Part shown: piece by piece, positions 8,559-16,690 of the stretch
How the letters are laid out: every line of letters starts with the position of its first letter
Numbering within the stretch: position 1 is the stretch's first letter
NCBI GenBank assembly: GCA_031283685.1
Contig: JAITBI010000003.1
Location: 1-45,631 of the forward strand
Direction of reading: 5' to 3'
DNA: 45,631 bases
Source of the DNA: Puniceicoccales bacterium
GTDB lineage: Bacteria > Verrucomicrobiota > Verrucomicrobiia > Opitutales > JAIRKQ01
Notes under the pieces: generated by a model
What the model was told of the DNA's origin: nothing
What the model saw: only the letters and a program-made list of their open reading frames with translations
Databases searched by the model: none
Position numbers and translations under genes: made by a program

Positions 8559-9515
8559 TTATGCTGTTGTTACCGTGAGTTTTCTTATGCCTTCCTTTGA
8601 GGTCAAAACCACATTGCTGTAATGTTCGACCGTCAAATCCGTAAACTTGCTATGCTCATCCGCATACACACGAAATGTGCTACCGCCGTCGATGGGGGTG
8701 ACGAACCGTTTAATATTCGCCGGCTCATCTTTCATAATGTCATTCCGGGTATAGAACGCGTATATCTTGTTCCCGAGTAGGTTGGATTTTTCCGCACCAT
8801 TTTGGTAGCGGGCACTCATTACCCGTACTTCGTCGACGAACAGCTTTCTCGCCAGTTCTTCCGGAGTTAGCCCTGCTGCCCGTGTGGCTCCAGCTGTATT
8901 TTGGGCATCGTAGGAATCACTTCTTAGATCCCATGCGCCTTCTCCAATGACGATCCTGTTCGGGCGGATACCGGTGATATCTGCTGCCGCTTCCAATTCG
9001 GCCCGAATGTGAGAATCCGGATTGGCAGAAGATCCCCAGGTGTAGCTGACAGATATTGACTCGGCATTATCTTCCAACGCTGAAATCGCACGGCGTAACT
9101 CATTGCGTAGCAGGCGCTGGAGTAGTAACTGGACATAGCGCTCTCTCCAATCGTCTCCTGCCACATCGTCATGGTCGACCCTGACCGTCAAGCCTTTGTT
9201 GTAGGTCCTAGATGTTATGGAAGTTCCGATGAATTCTACGCGCTTGAAAGATGCACCAATTGATCGGATGTCATCGGTCTCAGACAAAAAGCATTGTTCA
9301 TTGTTTGAGAGCTTGAATTCAAAACGTTTTGCTACGGGGATGACCGGTGCGATGAAATTCAACAGTTCTTCTATTTGTTCTGAATCTTTCCAACCTACTG
9401 TAAATGCGGTTAAGGGTTCCGAATATGTCGACGCGGTGAACCTCGCCTCATTGGCAGCGCAAATTGTGCCGCACTCTTGAAAACCATCATCTTTTGGTAA
9501 AATTTCTATGTTCAT
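8559..9515 (-). CDS. Major capsid protein (putative HK97 fold)
   Basis: 318 aa after the protease and decoration genes. SEPLTAFTVGW and GIRPNRIVIGEGAW resemble lambda-gpE/Mu-like capsids. AAGGA RBS. Confidence 0.75.
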   Translation of the reverse strand: MNIEILPKDDGFQECGTICAANEARFTASTYSEPLTAFTVGWKDSEQIEELLNFIAPVIPVAKRFEFKLSNNEQCFLSETDDIRSIGASFKRVEFIGTSITSRTYNKGLTVRVDHDDVAGDDWRERYVQLLLQRLLRNELRRAISALEDNAESISVSYTWGSSANPDSHIRAELEAAADITGIRPNRIVIGEGAWDLRSDSYDAQNTAGATRAAGLTPEELARKLFVDEVRVMSARYQNGAEKSNLLGNKIYAFYTRNDIMKDEPANIKRFVTPIDGGSTFRVYADEHSKFTDLTVEHYSNVVLTSKEGIRKLTVTTA

Positions 9516-9535
9516 AGGATCCTTTTGGTAAAATT

Positions 9536-9985
9536 TTAACTACCTTTGACTACGTGTTGTTGGGGTACACAGCTCATAAATTCTATGAGCTGGCCATCCA
9601 CCGTTGCCGATGTTAGTGCAATGCCCATCATTGTGTAGGTTTGATCGTTCGCTGTCGGTGTTGGCAGAGGTTTTACTTTGCCATTTCCAGCAGGAACAAC
9701 GATTGCGCCTGCCATAACCGCTGTGCTGGCTACTGCCTGCAGCGTATTAGGGGATCCAAGCAATGCGACGTTGACAATTTCTTTGGACCCTTCCGAAGTA
9801 GGAGCAGTTGCCTCGTCGGTGATAATTCCAATTGGCAAATCGGATACACCACACAGGGCAATGTCGGTCTTTTGTGTTCCAAATTTACCGAGGAGATATT
9901 TGGTTGGGATGGCTTCTTCTGCCTGCTTGGTAACATTACAAGCATGGGTCCCAATGTCGGAATTTGATAATATTAGTTGTGTCAT
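9536..9985 (-). CDS. Capsid decoration/cement protein (DUF2190-like)
   Basis: LPIGI...VNVALLG...AVMAGAIVVPAGNGKV...GIALTSATVDGQLIE pattern, located between protease and capsid genes. Confidence 0.7.
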   Translation of the reverse strand: MTQLILSNSDIGTHACNVTKQAEEAIPTKYLLGKFGTQKTDIALCGVSDLPIGIITDEATAPTSEGSKEIVNVALLGSPNTLQAVASTAVMAGAIVVPAGNGKVKPLPTPTANDQTYTMMGIALTSATVDGQLIEFMSCVPQQHVVKGS

Positions 9986-10001
9986 AATTTCCTAGTTAAG
10001 G

Positions 10002-10793
10002 TTAAAAGTTTTTATTGAATAATGCGGGATTGTTGCGTTTGACCGCATTCCACGCGTCATTGTATTTCTCTGAAAATTTTTGCATGCGTTCGAAGACAAG
10101 TTCCAAAATCCTTTCGCAATTTGATTTATTAAAAATTGGTTGTTTCAAATCTTCCGTTTGCGAAACCGTGTGGAGGATTATCTGGGACGGTAGAATTAAA
10201 ATGTCTTCATCCACGGAATCTGTCACCTGTTGCCCAGGCTGATCTTCTTCACTTTCCAGAAAAATATTTTCGGAGCTGACATCACGGCAATTCTCTTGGC
10301 CATCGATTGCAAAGTTTTCCCTGTTATTATCATCTGGTGAAGCTATTTGCCCATTGGCTTTTTCAACTTTTGACACGTGATCGCATCTGATATTTGGATG
10401 ATTGGTTAACCCGACTGACAATAGGCGTTTGGGAGACAACCTGCCGTCCTGTGTTGGAGTCGTCAACCACCGGGGAGACAGATACCTAAGGATGCCATTT
10501 TTAAACAACTCCTGGCCAATGTCTGTCCATTTTACCAGAATCCACAGGGCATTATCTTCCACTTTCATATTTTCTATGCGTCCATAGACCCTATTATTTT
10601 TCGATCCGAACTCCGGGTCATCTGGATGGCCGATAAAGATTGGAAGCCCTTGAAATCTGCGCATTAGGCGACTTCGCAGAGAATGGAAAGAATCGATAAT
10701 TCTTTCGGCAGACTGGGAGTCCAAAAGTTGTGTCCCTTTGGGGTGGAAATATTCGCCACAATTTACTAATTTCAACCATTCAACGTGCATCAT
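10002..10793 (-). CDS. Mu-like prohead protease with C-terminal scaffold region
   Basis: IFIGHPD, LVKWT..GQEL...YLSPRW and LLSVGLTNHPNI match Mu gpI-type proteases. GGAGG precedes tandem ATGs at 10793/10790, overlapping the portal stop (ORF track starts at 10823). Confidence 0.82.
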   Translation of the reverse strand: MMHVEWLKLVNCGEYFHPKGTQLLDSQSAERIIDSFHSLRSRLMRRFQGLPIFIGHPDDPEFGSKNNRVYGRIENMKVEDNALWILVKWTDIGQELFKNGILRYLSPRWLTTPTQDGRLSPKRLLSVGLTNHPNIRCDHVSKVEKANGQIASPDDNNRENFAIDGQENCRDVSSENIFLESEEDQPGQQVTDSVDEDILILPSQIILHTVSQTEDLKQPIFNKSNCERILELVFERMQKFSEKYNDAWNAVKRNNPALFNKNF

Positions 10794-12069
10794 TGCCTCC
10801 TTCAATTTCGCCGTTACTTTCATACTGTGCCATGGAAGTTAGCATCTGCTCACCCTCATTTGGCGTTGCCAGGTTAAACCTTTCCCGAATATCATTTATC
10901 GAGATTGGAACTCCCATTTTGTATAATTCACGATACAAATTCAGTTCATCGGCTACATTTCGCTTAACATTTGGGATAAACTTTATATACGCCTTTACCG
11001 GAACATCGCCGAACAGATATTTTACAACAAATCTGTCGACCTGCGTGTTAAGAGCTTCCGAAATCATTCCTGCGTCATCCTCTTCCAGGATCGCCGTTTC
11101 ATCGGCTTGTAGAGATGCACCTGCTCCGCTTTCCCTCGATAACGTTGCCAGATCGGAACCTCTCCATAGTGCAGAAATCGCACGGTCCATCCGGTCTATT
11201 AATTTTGGATAGGGCAATTCCCCTTTCGTCGATAGATCTATCGCTTCGATGTTAGTACCCTTCGACATCAATGCACTAAATTCAGCCCCAAAATCTTCCA
11301 CGGCATCGCGGGCCGCTTCCCATTGTTCTGTATTTGGAACCGCATCGGTAACACCTTTTACCCCCGGCATACCATTTCGTTCACAATAAACCAGCCAGTC
11401 GCGTAGCGGCAGATGTTTAAATAGGTATGCAATGGAACAGGCTTCCATCAGACCATCTCCTGCCGTCACTAACCATGCTCCTGCTTCCAAGGGAATACCG
11501 GACGTGGCGCCTTCGTTCGTCAAAAACTTCAATTTACCATCGTGGTTTTCAAAAAACCACAGTGGAACAAATCGGAATGTGGCTGTTAGTAACGTCGAAG
11601 GCGCCATAGGTTTCAGCTTTGGAGAATCTTTTTCCGATGCCGAAATTTCATGGGGTTCGAAAATTATTTCATGGATGGCATACTTTTTGCCAATGGCATC
11701 CATCATTTGACGTACCAGAAGGGATATCCCTCCGAGCTCATTGCTATCGCACGCACTTGTTGCCGATAAATTGTTATAGAAATATTCCAGCGCGATTTTC
11801 TGTTCTCTGGCCAACTCAGAATCATCGACCGATAAAATTTCCCAATGTAGTCGAGCGATCGATTTCTTTCTCTTACTTGCCACTCCTTGAATGACGTCAT
11901 CCCGACGCTCAATGGCATCCCACGTTAGAGCAGCGGCTTTCAAATACCCCGTAGAAAAGGCATCCAACATCTGGGACAATGAGTCCGGGGTCAGGGTTTT
12001 GATTGGATTGAAGTGCGCCCGCATGGAATTTTTCACGCGAATTTCTGAAATTTGTGATACTGTTTTCAT
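10780..12069 (-). CDS. Portal protein, Mu gp29/DUF935-like
   Basis: IERRDDVIQGVASKRKKSIARLHWEI, MMDAIGKKYAIHEI, DWLVYCERNGMPGVKG and ISALWRGSDLAT; follows TerL. Confidence 0.88.
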   Translation of the reverse strand: MKTVSQISEIRVKNSMRAHFNPIKTLTPDSLSQMLDAFSTGYLKAAALTWDAIERRDDVIQGVASKRKKSIARLHWEILSVDDSELAREQKIALEYFYNNLSATSACDSNELGGISLLVRQMMDAIGKKYAIHEIIFEPHEISASEKDSPKLKPMAPSTLLTATFRFVPLWFFENHDGKLKFLTNEGATSGIPLEAGAWLVTAGDGLMEACSIAYLFKHLPLRDWLVYCERNGMPGVKGVTDAVPNTEQWEAARDAVEDFGAEFSALMSKGTNIEAIDLSTKGELPYPKLIDRMDRAISALWRGSDLATLSRESGAGASLQADETAILEEDDAGMISEALNTQVDRFVVKYLFGDVPVKAYIKFIPNVKRNVADELNLYRELYKMGVPISINDIRERFNLATPNEGEQMLTSMAQYESNGEIEGGNDAR

Positions 12070-13454
12070 AAAAATTCTTCTCTCCTTGTTTTTCGTTCAA
12101 CTTTTTCGAAATATGGTACTTGCTGATGCCTACAAGCATTTGCGGCATGTATGGCCAGTGCCAATGCCCAAAACCTATCGGCATGTCCGTTTTTCCCTCT
12201 ATCCCCTGCGAACCTGATATTTCCCGCGAATGTCGTTTCTCTCCTAACGGATCTCAGGTCTGCCCGAATAAAATCATCGCCGGGAATTTTTATCAATTTT
12301 CCCTCAAATACTTCTCGCAGCTGATAGGCTAATTCTTCCTTCGTTCTATTGGTAAACGTTACCCCTTCCACGCGATATTTCCAAAAATTTTCACTGGCAC
12401 GTTCGAAAAACTGGCGCCCGATCCCGGTTTGATCAATGCATATCCTCTTCAAATTTTTTATTTCAAAGAATTTTTGTAGCCTTTCTTCTTGCTCGGAGAA
12501 TGGAGCATTTTGCATGGTCAAAACTTTTCTTGTGCATAGGATATCGTTTCGGTTTTCAAGCAACCAAAACACCGTAAAATCGTGACTGCGAGCGACATCA
12601 ATTCCAAGAAAGCAATCATCGGTTCCCTTGGAAAAATCGTGCAATTCCCAAGAATTCTGTTCATTGGACTGATATTCACAGGCGGCTATCATGTTACTCG
12701 CTATGAATGCCGAACGGTCATCGGCTGGAACACACATGTATTCCTGCAAAAACGATTCCTCGTCGGGACAAGAATTTTTCACGGCGTCGAAATATTCCGA
12801 ATCCGACATTTGGTTCCGTTCATCGGATGCAGGTAGCCGAGTCTTTAACTTATTTAGTAAACCATGTTCGAGGGCATCCTGCAATGTTATACGATGATAG
12901 GAAAAATTTCCACGATTTTCCCCATTGCGTATTTCGCATATCAGTTTATTAAAAAAATTGTTTGATCCACGGTGGGTTGATAAAATTTCTAGCTGTCCGC
13001 CCCAGGTGATGCCTGGTAGTGCGATTGTATACAAATTCTTCTGGTCACCGTGCAATGCGAATTCATCGAGTATCCGCGAGCCTCTTTTCCCAGCCTGTGC
13101 ATTAATATTCGACGACAACGAATTGATTGACGTGCCATTGGAGAACCCTAGGGATGTTGAAGAATCAGTTCTTTCTTCTAAAATTTGCCTGTGGTTGAAG
13201 AAGTTACAGGCTGGAGACAGAATGTTCGCAAACTTTTTGCAATCGTCTATGAACAATTTCGCCTGCAGCTCATCCCGAGATGTTACCCAGGAATCATAAT
13301 TGTTTTGCCTAGAGACGTGCCGTCTAACGGTGCCATATGCCGTTGCCAGTGTCATCCCAATTTGGCGTGATTTTTCTAAAATTTTCAGCCGTGAATTATC
13401 TAAAATCCAGTTGACCTGGTATGGTAGAAAAAAGCTCTGTGCGATACCCTTCAT
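12066..13454 (-). CDS. Terminase large subunit, Mu gp28-like
   Basis: FLPYQ..W, Walker A EKSRQIGMT, Walker B ILDEFA, coupling motif LST, nuclease motifs GIDVARSHDFTV, IDQTGIG and GHADRFWALALA. Confidence 0.92.
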   Translation of the reverse strand: MKGIAQSFFLPYQVNWILDNSRLKILEKSRQIGMTLATAYGTVRRHVSRQNNYDSWVTSRDELQAKLFIDDCKKFANILSPACNFFNHRQILEERTDSSTSLGFSNGTSINSLSSNINAQAGKRGSRILDEFALHGDQKNLYTIALPGITWGGQLEILSTHRGSNNFFNKLICEIRNGENRGNFSYHRITLQDALEHGLLNKLKTRLPASDERNQMSDSEYFDAVKNSCPDEESFLQEYMCVPADDRSAFIASNMIAACEYQSNEQNSWELHDFSKGTDDCFLGIDVARSHDFTVFWLLENRNDILCTRKVLTMQNAPFSEQEERLQKFFEIKNLKRICIDQTGIGRQFFERASENFWKYRVEGVTFTNRTKEELAYQLREVFEGKLIKIPGDDFIRADLRSVRRETTFAGNIRFAGDRGKNGHADRFWALALAIHAANACRHQQVPYFEKVERKTRREEFL

Positions 13455-13840
13455 AGTAGTTGCAATTGCTCCTCCACAGTTTTGACGATATCACTTGGCA
13501 ATTTGCCTTTTTGCAAATTTTCTCGCATGGCTTGTAGTTCCTGTCTTTCATCGTCGAGATCAGCAGATTTCAGCCGTGCAATTTTTTTAAATTCGATGTC
13601 CTGAATTTTTTGGTGGCTTGCCGACAACTTTTGTATGACACAGGAAATATCCTTGAGCTCTCCAACGGAACCATCATCGCTTCCACAGATGGAGTCGAAC
13701 AGCATTTCCCAGGCACGGGAAAGAGATGCCATCGCAGTTTCCGTAGGCAATTCAAGGCCGATAAGGATTTCCGATGTGCGTGCTTTTGCGAACTTTATCT
13801 GGGCAAGGTGATTTTTAAAACTGTCATTTCCATCACACAT
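13451..13840 (-). CDS. Putative terminase small subunit-like helical protein (Mu gp27 position)
   Basis: 129 aa, helical/coiled-coil, ATGA-coupled to TerL. Assignment mostly positional. Confidence 0.5.
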   Translation of the reverse strand: MCDGNDSFKNHLAQIKFAKARTSEILIGLELPTETAMASLSRAWEMLFDSICGSDDGSVGELKDISCVIQKLSASHQKIQDIEFKKIARLKSADLDDERQELQAMRENLQKGKLPSDIVKTVEEQLQLL

Positions 13841-14187
13841 TATTCATCTGTATCAAAATTTTTAAGTGGATAATTATCCTTTAATCTATACCTGTCTCCG
13901 AATCCACATTCACTGATCTTTACAATACTTCCAGAATCTACCAAACCAGATATGCTAGCGATGACATGTTCCTTTGGACAATTTTTACAGGAACAAGAAA
14001 TTCCATGAAAAATTATATCGAAGGGTAAACTGGCAGGAGATGCTGCGATTAGCTGCAACACTATTAAATTTCGAATGTTTGAACGGTATAGGTCCGATTC
14101 ACTACCTCCGTCGATCATCTCAAAACCATCGAATCTTTCCGTTTCTAGTGAGTACTCGTTTGCCTTCGCCATACAATCTGTGGACAC
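13840..14187 (-). CDS. Putative winged-helix protein (Mu gp26-like position)
   Basis: IRNLIVLQLIAAS...HVIASISGLVDSGSIVKI....RYRL fits a wHTH pattern; TAATG overlap with the next gene. Start uncertain. Confidence 0.5.
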   Translation of the reverse strand: MSTDCMAKANEYSLETERFDGFEMIDGGSESDLYRSNIRNLIVLQLIAASPASLPFDIIFHGISCSCKNCPKEHVIASISGLVDSGSIVKISECGFGDRYRLKDNYPLKNFDTDE

Positions 14188-14326
14188 AAGTATATTCCAT
14201 ATTCTAAAAAGGAGAAGCGGTAGATTGTTTAGGTTTGTTACAAAGATTTATTTTGATCCATTGTAATATTTTTACCAAAGGTATCGGCAGCCGGTAGGTA
14301 GATTAAACTTTCACGAATATCAAATT

Positions 14327-14357
14327 TTGACATTTTTAATGAAAATTTTTATATGGT
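14327..14357 (+). promoter_or_regulatory. Putative sigma70 promoter for the plsC-like gene
   Basis: Perfect TTGACA at 14327-14332 and an imperfect -10 region (TTATATGGT) 16-19 nt downstream, which would favour the ATG at 14362. Confidence 0.35.
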
Positions 14358-15003
14358 TTCGATGACAGTTCATCCCATATATCGCATTGTCACATTCATC
14401 GCCAAAATGATGTTCAACGAATTGTTTGACGGTGATATCTATGGATATGAGAATATTCCCAGGCATGGGCCATGTCTATTGGCGTGTAATCATTTAAGCT
14501 ATTTCGATCCACCATTTATTGGTAGTGCGGTGCCTGGACGAGAAGTTTTTTCGTTGGCCCGCAGTTCATTGTTTAGCACAAAATTTCGCCACTGGTTGTT
14601 CAGCAACATGAATTGCATACCGCTCGATAGGAAGAGCGGAGATGTTATAGCCATAAAGACGGCATTACACCTATTAAAAAATGGAAAATGTGTGATGATT
14701 TACCCGGAGGGGACCCGATCGGCAGACGGTTCCATTGGCGAACCGCTGGCGGGGATAGGGATGTTGGCGTGCAAAACGGAAGTACCCGTTATTCCGTGTA
14801 GAATTTTCGGTACCTTCGAAATTATGAACCGCAATGCCAAGTTTTTCGATTGGAATCAAAAAGCTACCATAGTATTTGGGCAGCCTATTTTACCCAAGGA
14901 TTATATCATAGTATCCGATTCCCGTGGAAAATATAAATTGACGGCTGCGTACATAATGAATATTGTCCAGGGCTTACAAACCCCAGAGATAGACATCTTA
15001 TAA
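14353..15003 (+). CDS. plsC: 1-acyl-sn-glycerol-3-phosphate acyltransferase
   Basis: NHLSYFD (HX4D) and YPEGTRS motifs. Confidence 0.88.
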   Translation: MVSMTVHPIYRIVTFIAKMMFNELFDGDIYGYENIPRHGPCLLACNHLSYFDPPFIGSAVPGREVFSLARSSLFSTKFRHWLFSNMNCIPLDRKSGDVIAIKTALHLLKNGKCVMIYPEGTRSADGSIGEPLAGIGMLACKTEVPVIPCRIFGTFEIMNRNAKFFDWNQKATIVFGQPILPKDYIIVSDSRGKYKLTAAYIMNIVQGLQTPEIDIL

Positions 15004-15046
15004 TAATTTTGCCTTTGAAGAAATAGCGCCGGGTGGTGGGGAAACT

Positions 15047-15682
15047 TTATGGTAAGTATTTGAGCATTTTTAGGAAAATTTCTCGGCTTATCCAAGCATC
15101 CGTTGCAGCATATAAAATTTGTTGTGGAGTTAAAACTTTCTGTGTCCAATCGGTCAATTGCGACTTTTTCGAAATCCTAATGCGGAGGAAAATGGCGGCT
15201 AAATTTCTTAGCCCAGTGTGAGCTACTTTGAGTCGCTTACTAAATAAACCAAGGTCATAAAAACCTTGGGCATTGAATTTTTCTATTTTAAAAAGATTTT
15301 TTATGTCATGGTCGACTGATGCTCCAACCTTGACGATATCTTTCTTCCCTAGAACGGGTTTCAATGGTGTAAGGCCTCCAATTTTTTCCAATCTAAACAG
15401 ATAAACCTTTGCCGATGTAGCAATTTGTACCAGGGAAGGAGCATAGGATTCGCCCTTTGAAAATGCTGGTTTGCTTTCGATATCAAACCCCAAAAATTTT
15501 TCAGATAGTATTTCTCTGATTGCCAGATTGGCCGCATCGGTATCCTCTATAAGCACAATTTCTCCATCGAAAACCTTTAGCGGCATCCTAGAGATTTGTT
15601 TTGGCGTTATGCGTTTCTGCAGAACCATTCTTTTGAAATATTTTAAAATTTGGTCCATTAAACTTTTATGAATTTCATACAT
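15047..15682 (-). CDS. 3'-5' exonuclease, DEDDy (RNase D/WRN-like) family
   Basis: ExoI LGFDIESKP, LVQIAT, KVGASVDHDI and ExoIII QILYAATDAW. Confidence 0.88.
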   Translation of the reverse strand: MYEIHKSLMDQILKYFKRMVLQKRITPKQISRMPLKVFDGEIVLIEDTDAANLAIREILSEKFLGFDIESKPAFSKGESYAPSLVQIATSAKVYLFRLEKIGGLTPLKPVLGKKDIVKVGASVDHDIKNLFKIEKFNAQGFYDLGLFSKRLKVAHTGLRNLAAIFLRIRISKKSQLTDWTQKVLTPQQILYAATDAWISREIFLKMLKYLP

Positions 15683-15800
15683 ATGCTTTCGCCTGCGGAA
15701 AGATGATACAAAATAACTTCTTTGTCAATAGCTAAAAGATAAAGCTTTTGTTGTTAATTTTTTGCGCCAACCATTGGTGTAAATATTTAACCGAGGGAAA

Positions 15801-16685
15801 TTATCGCAATATAATTTTTACATCTATGGGGATCTGCTTTTTGAACCATGTTTTTTGCTTTTTGACTAATTTCAAAGTATTTTGCGAGATTTCGTTGACT
15901 AAAGCATCTTCGGTCGTGTTACTTTTGAGCCAGTTTATTGTTTCGCGATATCCTATTGCATTTTTCGCACTATCACTCAACCGTCCATACTTGGACAGTA
16001 GAAATTTCACCTCATGAATTAGTCCCATGTGCAACATTTTTTTTGTACGCTCCCATATGCGTAGTTTTAGATCCTCTTGATCCCTTTCTAGTAGGATCGT
16101 ATATTTTTGATATCGTTTGAATGGTGAATCTAAGGATATGAAATTGTTTTGTACACTGTCGAATGTCTTGCCGTACGCTAGACATCTTTTTAGGGCTGAC
16201 ATTACTCGCCTTGGATTTTTCATATCAATGGGCGGACACATCCCATCGTTGATTGAAATTAGCATTGGGACTAACCCGTCAAGGCCAGACTTGGCATAGA
16301 TGGAATTGATCAAATCATTAACATTTTGTGGAATTTTGGTTTCGTCGATGACGGGGCGATAAAAGGATTTTAAGTAAAACCCAGAACCTCCCACCACTAC
16401 TACATTTTTTCCAGAAGAAACTATGGAACTAATTGCTGTTTGGGCTGCTTCGATGAACATTGAAACATCAAATTTTTCAGATGGCTCTACCAGATCCATG
16501 CAATGATGCTCAATTCCTCTCATATCCGCTGGTTTTGGTTTTGCCGTCCCAATGTCCATATGTTTATACACCAGCAAGGAATCACATGATACAATTTCCG
16601 CATTATTTTTCATTGCAAAATTTATCGCATAATCCGTCTTTCCAACGGCTGTACATCCAGTAATGACGTATAATTTACCATCCAT
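15801..16685 (-). CDS. miaA: tRNA dimethylallyltransferase
   Basis: GCTAVGKT P-loop, DSLLVYKHMDIGTAKP, VGGSGFY, AIGYRE and KKQKTWF. Likely start MDGKLY at 16685. Confidence 0.93.
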   Translation of the reverse strand: MDGKLYVITGCTAVGKTDYAINFAMKNNAEIVSCDSLLVYKHMDIGTAKPKPADMRGIEHHCMDLVEPSEKFDVSMFIEAAQTAISSIVSSGKNVVVVGGSGFYLKSFYRPVIDETKIPQNVNDLINSIYAKSGLDGLVPMLISINDGMCPPIDMKNPRRVMSALKRCLAYGKTFDSVQNNFISLDSPFKRYQKYTILLERDQEDLKLRIWERTKKMLHMGLIHEVKFLLSKYGRLSDSAKNAIGYRETINWLKSNTTEDALVNEISQNTLKLVKKQKTWFKKQIPIDVKIILR

Positions 16686-16690
16686 AGATA

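Larger units (their letters stand above)
2619..14187 (-). mobile_element. Mu-like phage-derived structural/packaging cassette (candidate gene transfer agent or reduced prophage)
   Basis: 14 co-oriented, tightly packed ORFs in Mu-like order: gp26-like, TerS-like, TerL, portal, protease/scaffold, decoration, capsid, gp36-like adaptor, neck/tail proteins, fibre. Housekeeping genes on both sides; no mobility genes recognised. Confidence 0.85.

Noticed and set aside
2619-14187. Cassette as a tailocin/eCIS, an encapsulin system or a complete prophage
   Set aside because: Tailocins and eCIS have sheath and tube but no head, the opposite of this. Encapsulins lack portal and terminase. A complete prophage needs integration, replication and lysis genes.
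2578-14296. 8-bp direct repeat AGCCGGTA on both sides of the cassette (2578-2585 and 14289-14296) as attL/attR or target duplication
   Set aside because: An 8-mer shared by two regions of about 150 bp is plausible by chance. There is no integrase or tRNA target, and Mu makes 5-bp duplications next to TG...CA ends, which I could not identify.
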